A stretch of DNA of 64,000 bases from positions 107,984-171,983 of the forward strand of contig CBDBFU010000026.1 of the NCBI GenBank assembly GCA_965205025.1, in the 5' to 3' direction. The position numbers were made by a program, and so were the translations under genes. Below the pieces are notes generated by a model. That model was not told the DNA's origin. It did not search any database and saw only the letters and a list, made by a program, of their open reading frames with translations. This DNA is from Candidatus Poribacteria bacterium (GTDB lineage: Bacteria > Poribacteria > WGA-4E > WGA-3G). Below, piece after piece: positions 61,799 to 64,000 of this stretch (position 1 is its first letter; every line of letters begins with the position of its first letter).

Positions 61799-63070
61799 TT
61801 ATAATTCTCTGATTGCATCTTGGTATACCGATTGGAATGGTATACCATTTTTTTCTGCAATAGTCTTACAGTCTTCATATTCTGGGACAGTTTTAATTAG
61901 GTTTCCATTCAAATATCCTTGCTTTGCTCGAACAATTCCCCATTTGGTTTTTATTTCAATAATGTCTCTGTCAAGGATGACACGATCCGCAGCATAGAAT
62001 CTGACACCGAAGGTAGTAGTTTCAGTCAACAGGAGTTGTATAAGTTGACCTCGAATATCCGATGGACAGAGTACACTTATTTGTGTACTGGGTCTTCCTT
62101 TTTTCATTTGAATAGGAATAAAGAACACATCCAATGCCCCCTGCTCAAAGAGTTTTTCCATGACGTATCCAGATATTTCAGGGGACATATCATCAAGGTT
62201 AGTCTCAATGATATCTATACTGCTACTATCACCAGATGTGGTATTTTCTTCAGTATTTGATGATGTCTGCTTGGTATTTAGATTGACCTGTTTATTATCC
62301 TTTTGTGTAGTTTTTTCCCCAATACAGACTCTTAGCAGATTTGGTTGTTCTTCAAGATCTCGTGTTCCCGCACCATAGCCGATAGTTTCAAGAGTCATAT
62401 CAGGAATAGGACCGAAATCTTTGGAAATTGTTGTTATGATGGCAGCACCAGTTGGTGTGACTAATTCTTTTGGTATATCTGTTTGTCTAATTGGGATACC
62501 GTTTAGCAGTTCCATTGTTCCAGGAACTGGAACAGGCATAAGACCGTGTGCACAACGTACAAAACCGCGTCCTAAAGAAAGAGGGGATGCGAATACCTCT
62601 TTTATACCCAGGAGGGATAATCCTATTACCGCGCCAACTATATCTACGATGGAGTCGATACCGCTTACTTCGTGCAAATGAACTTTGTTTTTGTCAGTAT
62701 TGTGAACTTTCGCTTCAGCTTCAGCGAGTCTATCAAAAATCAGTTTTGAAGTCTCCAGAATTTCGTCATTTAATCCACTTCTATCAAGGAGTTCAAATAT
62801 ATCTGAAATATGGCGGGAAGGACCATGGGAATGATTGTGATGGTGGTGATGATGTCCAGTTGTGTTCTCTTCTGCTGTTTCTACACAAGCTTGCGTACCG
62901 GAAATATTGTGCTTCTTTGCTTTCTGAAAATGTAAATTGAATTCTGCTTCTACGTTGAGTTTTTCTAATTGTAAAGACAGTTCATTAACATCTGCTCCTG
63001 CATCAACAAGAGCCCCGAGTACCATGTCACCACTAATACCAGAGAAACAATCAAAGTATGCGATTTTCAA
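61799..63070 (-). CDS. larC: Nickel pincer cofactor biosynthesis protein LarC
   Basis: YFDCFSGISGDM, His-rich tract, AEAKVH, HEV..IDSIVD, ELVTPTGAA, ETNLDD, MKKGRP, PEYEDC. Confidence 0.92.
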   Translation of the reverse strand: MKIAYFDCFSGISGDMVLGALVDAGADVNELSLQLEKLNVEAEFNLHFQKAKKHNISGTQACVETAEENTTGHHHHHHNHSHGPSRHISDIFELLDRSGLNDEILETSKLIFDRLAEAEAKVHNTDKNKVHLHEVSGIDSIVDIVGAVIGLSLLGIKEVFASPLSLGRGFVRCAHGLMPVPVPGTMELLNGIPIRQTDIPKELVTPTGAAIITTISKDFGPIPDMTLETIGYGAGTRDLEEQPNLLRVCIGEKTTQKDNKQVNLNTKQTSSNTEENTTSGDSSSIDIIETNLDDMSPEISGYVMEKLFEQGALDVFFIPIQMKKGRPSTQISVLCPSDIRGQLIQLLLTETTTFGVRFYAADRVILDRDIIEIKTKWGIVRAKQGYLNGNLIKTVPEYEDCKTIAEKNGIPFQSVYQDAIREL

Positions 63071-63175
63071 TATGTGTACCTTTAGTGAATCCTTCTTGTA
63101 GTGATTAATGTGAGGTCAGTATAAGCAAATATTGAAATTAGTGTGGTGAATCAATGTAGAATGTGTGCTTGATAT

Positions 63176-63200
63176 TAGGAGCGGTTAGAAACCGCTCCTA
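63176..63200. repeat. REP-like perfect palindrome / terminator
   Basis: TAGGAGCGGTT-AGA-AACCGCTCCTA. Confidence 0.6.
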
Positions 63201-63285
63201 CCGAGGATGTGGAAAAATCGGTGAATCCGCATGAAGAAGTCACCGTAGTAAGAAACCGAACTCACCTTGGAGGATGATAAATTGC

Positions 63286-64000
63286 TTATTTTCGGAACAG
63301 TTCCATCAATAATTCTTTTGGCTCATGCCGTCTGAGTTTATTCAATGCTTCAACTTCAATTTGTCGCACACGTTCACGACTAATCTCAAGTTTCTTTCCA
63401 ATATCAGCCAAGGTATATTCAGTACCATCAATTAATCCATATCGTAGAACAATCACATGTGTTTCACGTGGATTTAGAGTCTTGTTTAGCACTTCTTCAA
63501 TAGCTTCAATTTTTGAGAAGTTAACCAACTCAGTTTCCGGTGAAATTTGTGCATTATCAGGAATCATATCGCGAATCGGCACTTCCGGAGATGCTTCATT
63601 TATAGGTGCATCTAACGAAATAGGATCTTTGGTTGCTTGTAGTATTTCATCAACTTTTTTCTCAGTAAGATCCACTTCCCCTGCGATCTCTTTTAGAGTT
63701 GGTTCACGACCAAGTGTCACCGTTAGGTTCGACTGGACCTGTTTAATTAATCTTCTTGTTTCCCCAATATAACATGGTACGCGAATGATCTGTCCTTGTT
63801 GGTCTAATGCTCTTTTTATAGACTGCATTACCCACCAAGTTGCATAAGTACTAAACCGAAATTTGAGAGAATGATCGAATTTCTCAACAGCCTTCATGAG
63901 ACCAATGCTACCTTCCTGCATCAGATCAAGGAAAGATAAAGAGGTCTTGTTGAAATGATGTTGTTTAGCAATACTCGCCACTAAACGAAGATTTGCCTCC
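63286..64000 (-). CDS. RpoD/SigA-family sigma-70 factor, 5' end outside the window
   Basis: [43 protein letters not shown]. Confidence 0.92.
   Translation of the reverse strand, partial: EANLRLVASIAKQHHFNKTSLSFLDLMQEGSIGLMKAVEKFDHSLKFRFSTYATWWVMQSIKRALDQQGQIIRVPCYIGETRRLIKQVQSNLTVTLGREPTLKEIAGEVDLTEKKVDEILQATKDPISLDAPINEASPEVPIRDMIPDNAQISPETELVNFSKIEAIEEVLNKTLNPRETHVIVLRYGLIDGTEYTLADIGKKLEISRERVRQIEVEALNKLRRHEPKELLMELFRK

Noticed and set aside
62820-62856. Poly-His tract
   Set aside because: Normal nickel-binding feature of LarC
1-64000. tRNA, rRNA or riboswitch
   Set aside because: No cloverleaf, rRNA or aptamer signature recognised by eye; a covariance-model search would be needed to exclude small RNAs

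Overview
Low-GC bacterial chromosome segment whose gene repertoire fits Candidatus Poribacteria (inference from PhyH dioxygenases, LamG, internalin-like LRR, dockerin and Uma2 proteins, and a recurrent C-terminal [TR]W[AG]x[LVM]K tail). Housekeeping genes (bioA, hisC, ispG, uppP, pdhC-like E2, ruvX-mltG-lpxC/fabZ-lpxA, recQ, larC, sigma-70) alternate with accessory DNA. The accessory DNA includes tandem Uma2 genes duplicated with the lpxA 3' end, decayed toxin-antitoxin loci, an intact IS982-family element with a 7-bp target duplication, a 122-bp MITE, and two LRR/metalloprotease surface proteins sharing a 203-bp identical block. The best candidates for undescribed biology are (1) a coupled orphan ParA-like ATPase + RelA/SpoT synthetase cassette, (2) a putative short C-terminal sorting motif on unrelated secreted proteins, and (3) a 7Fe-ferredoxin/membrane/HSP20-like fusion. 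About 11 single-base indels in short runs split otherwise intact genes and are most likely sequencing errors. No rRNA, tRNA or CRISPR array was recognised. All calls were made by eye, without database searches.
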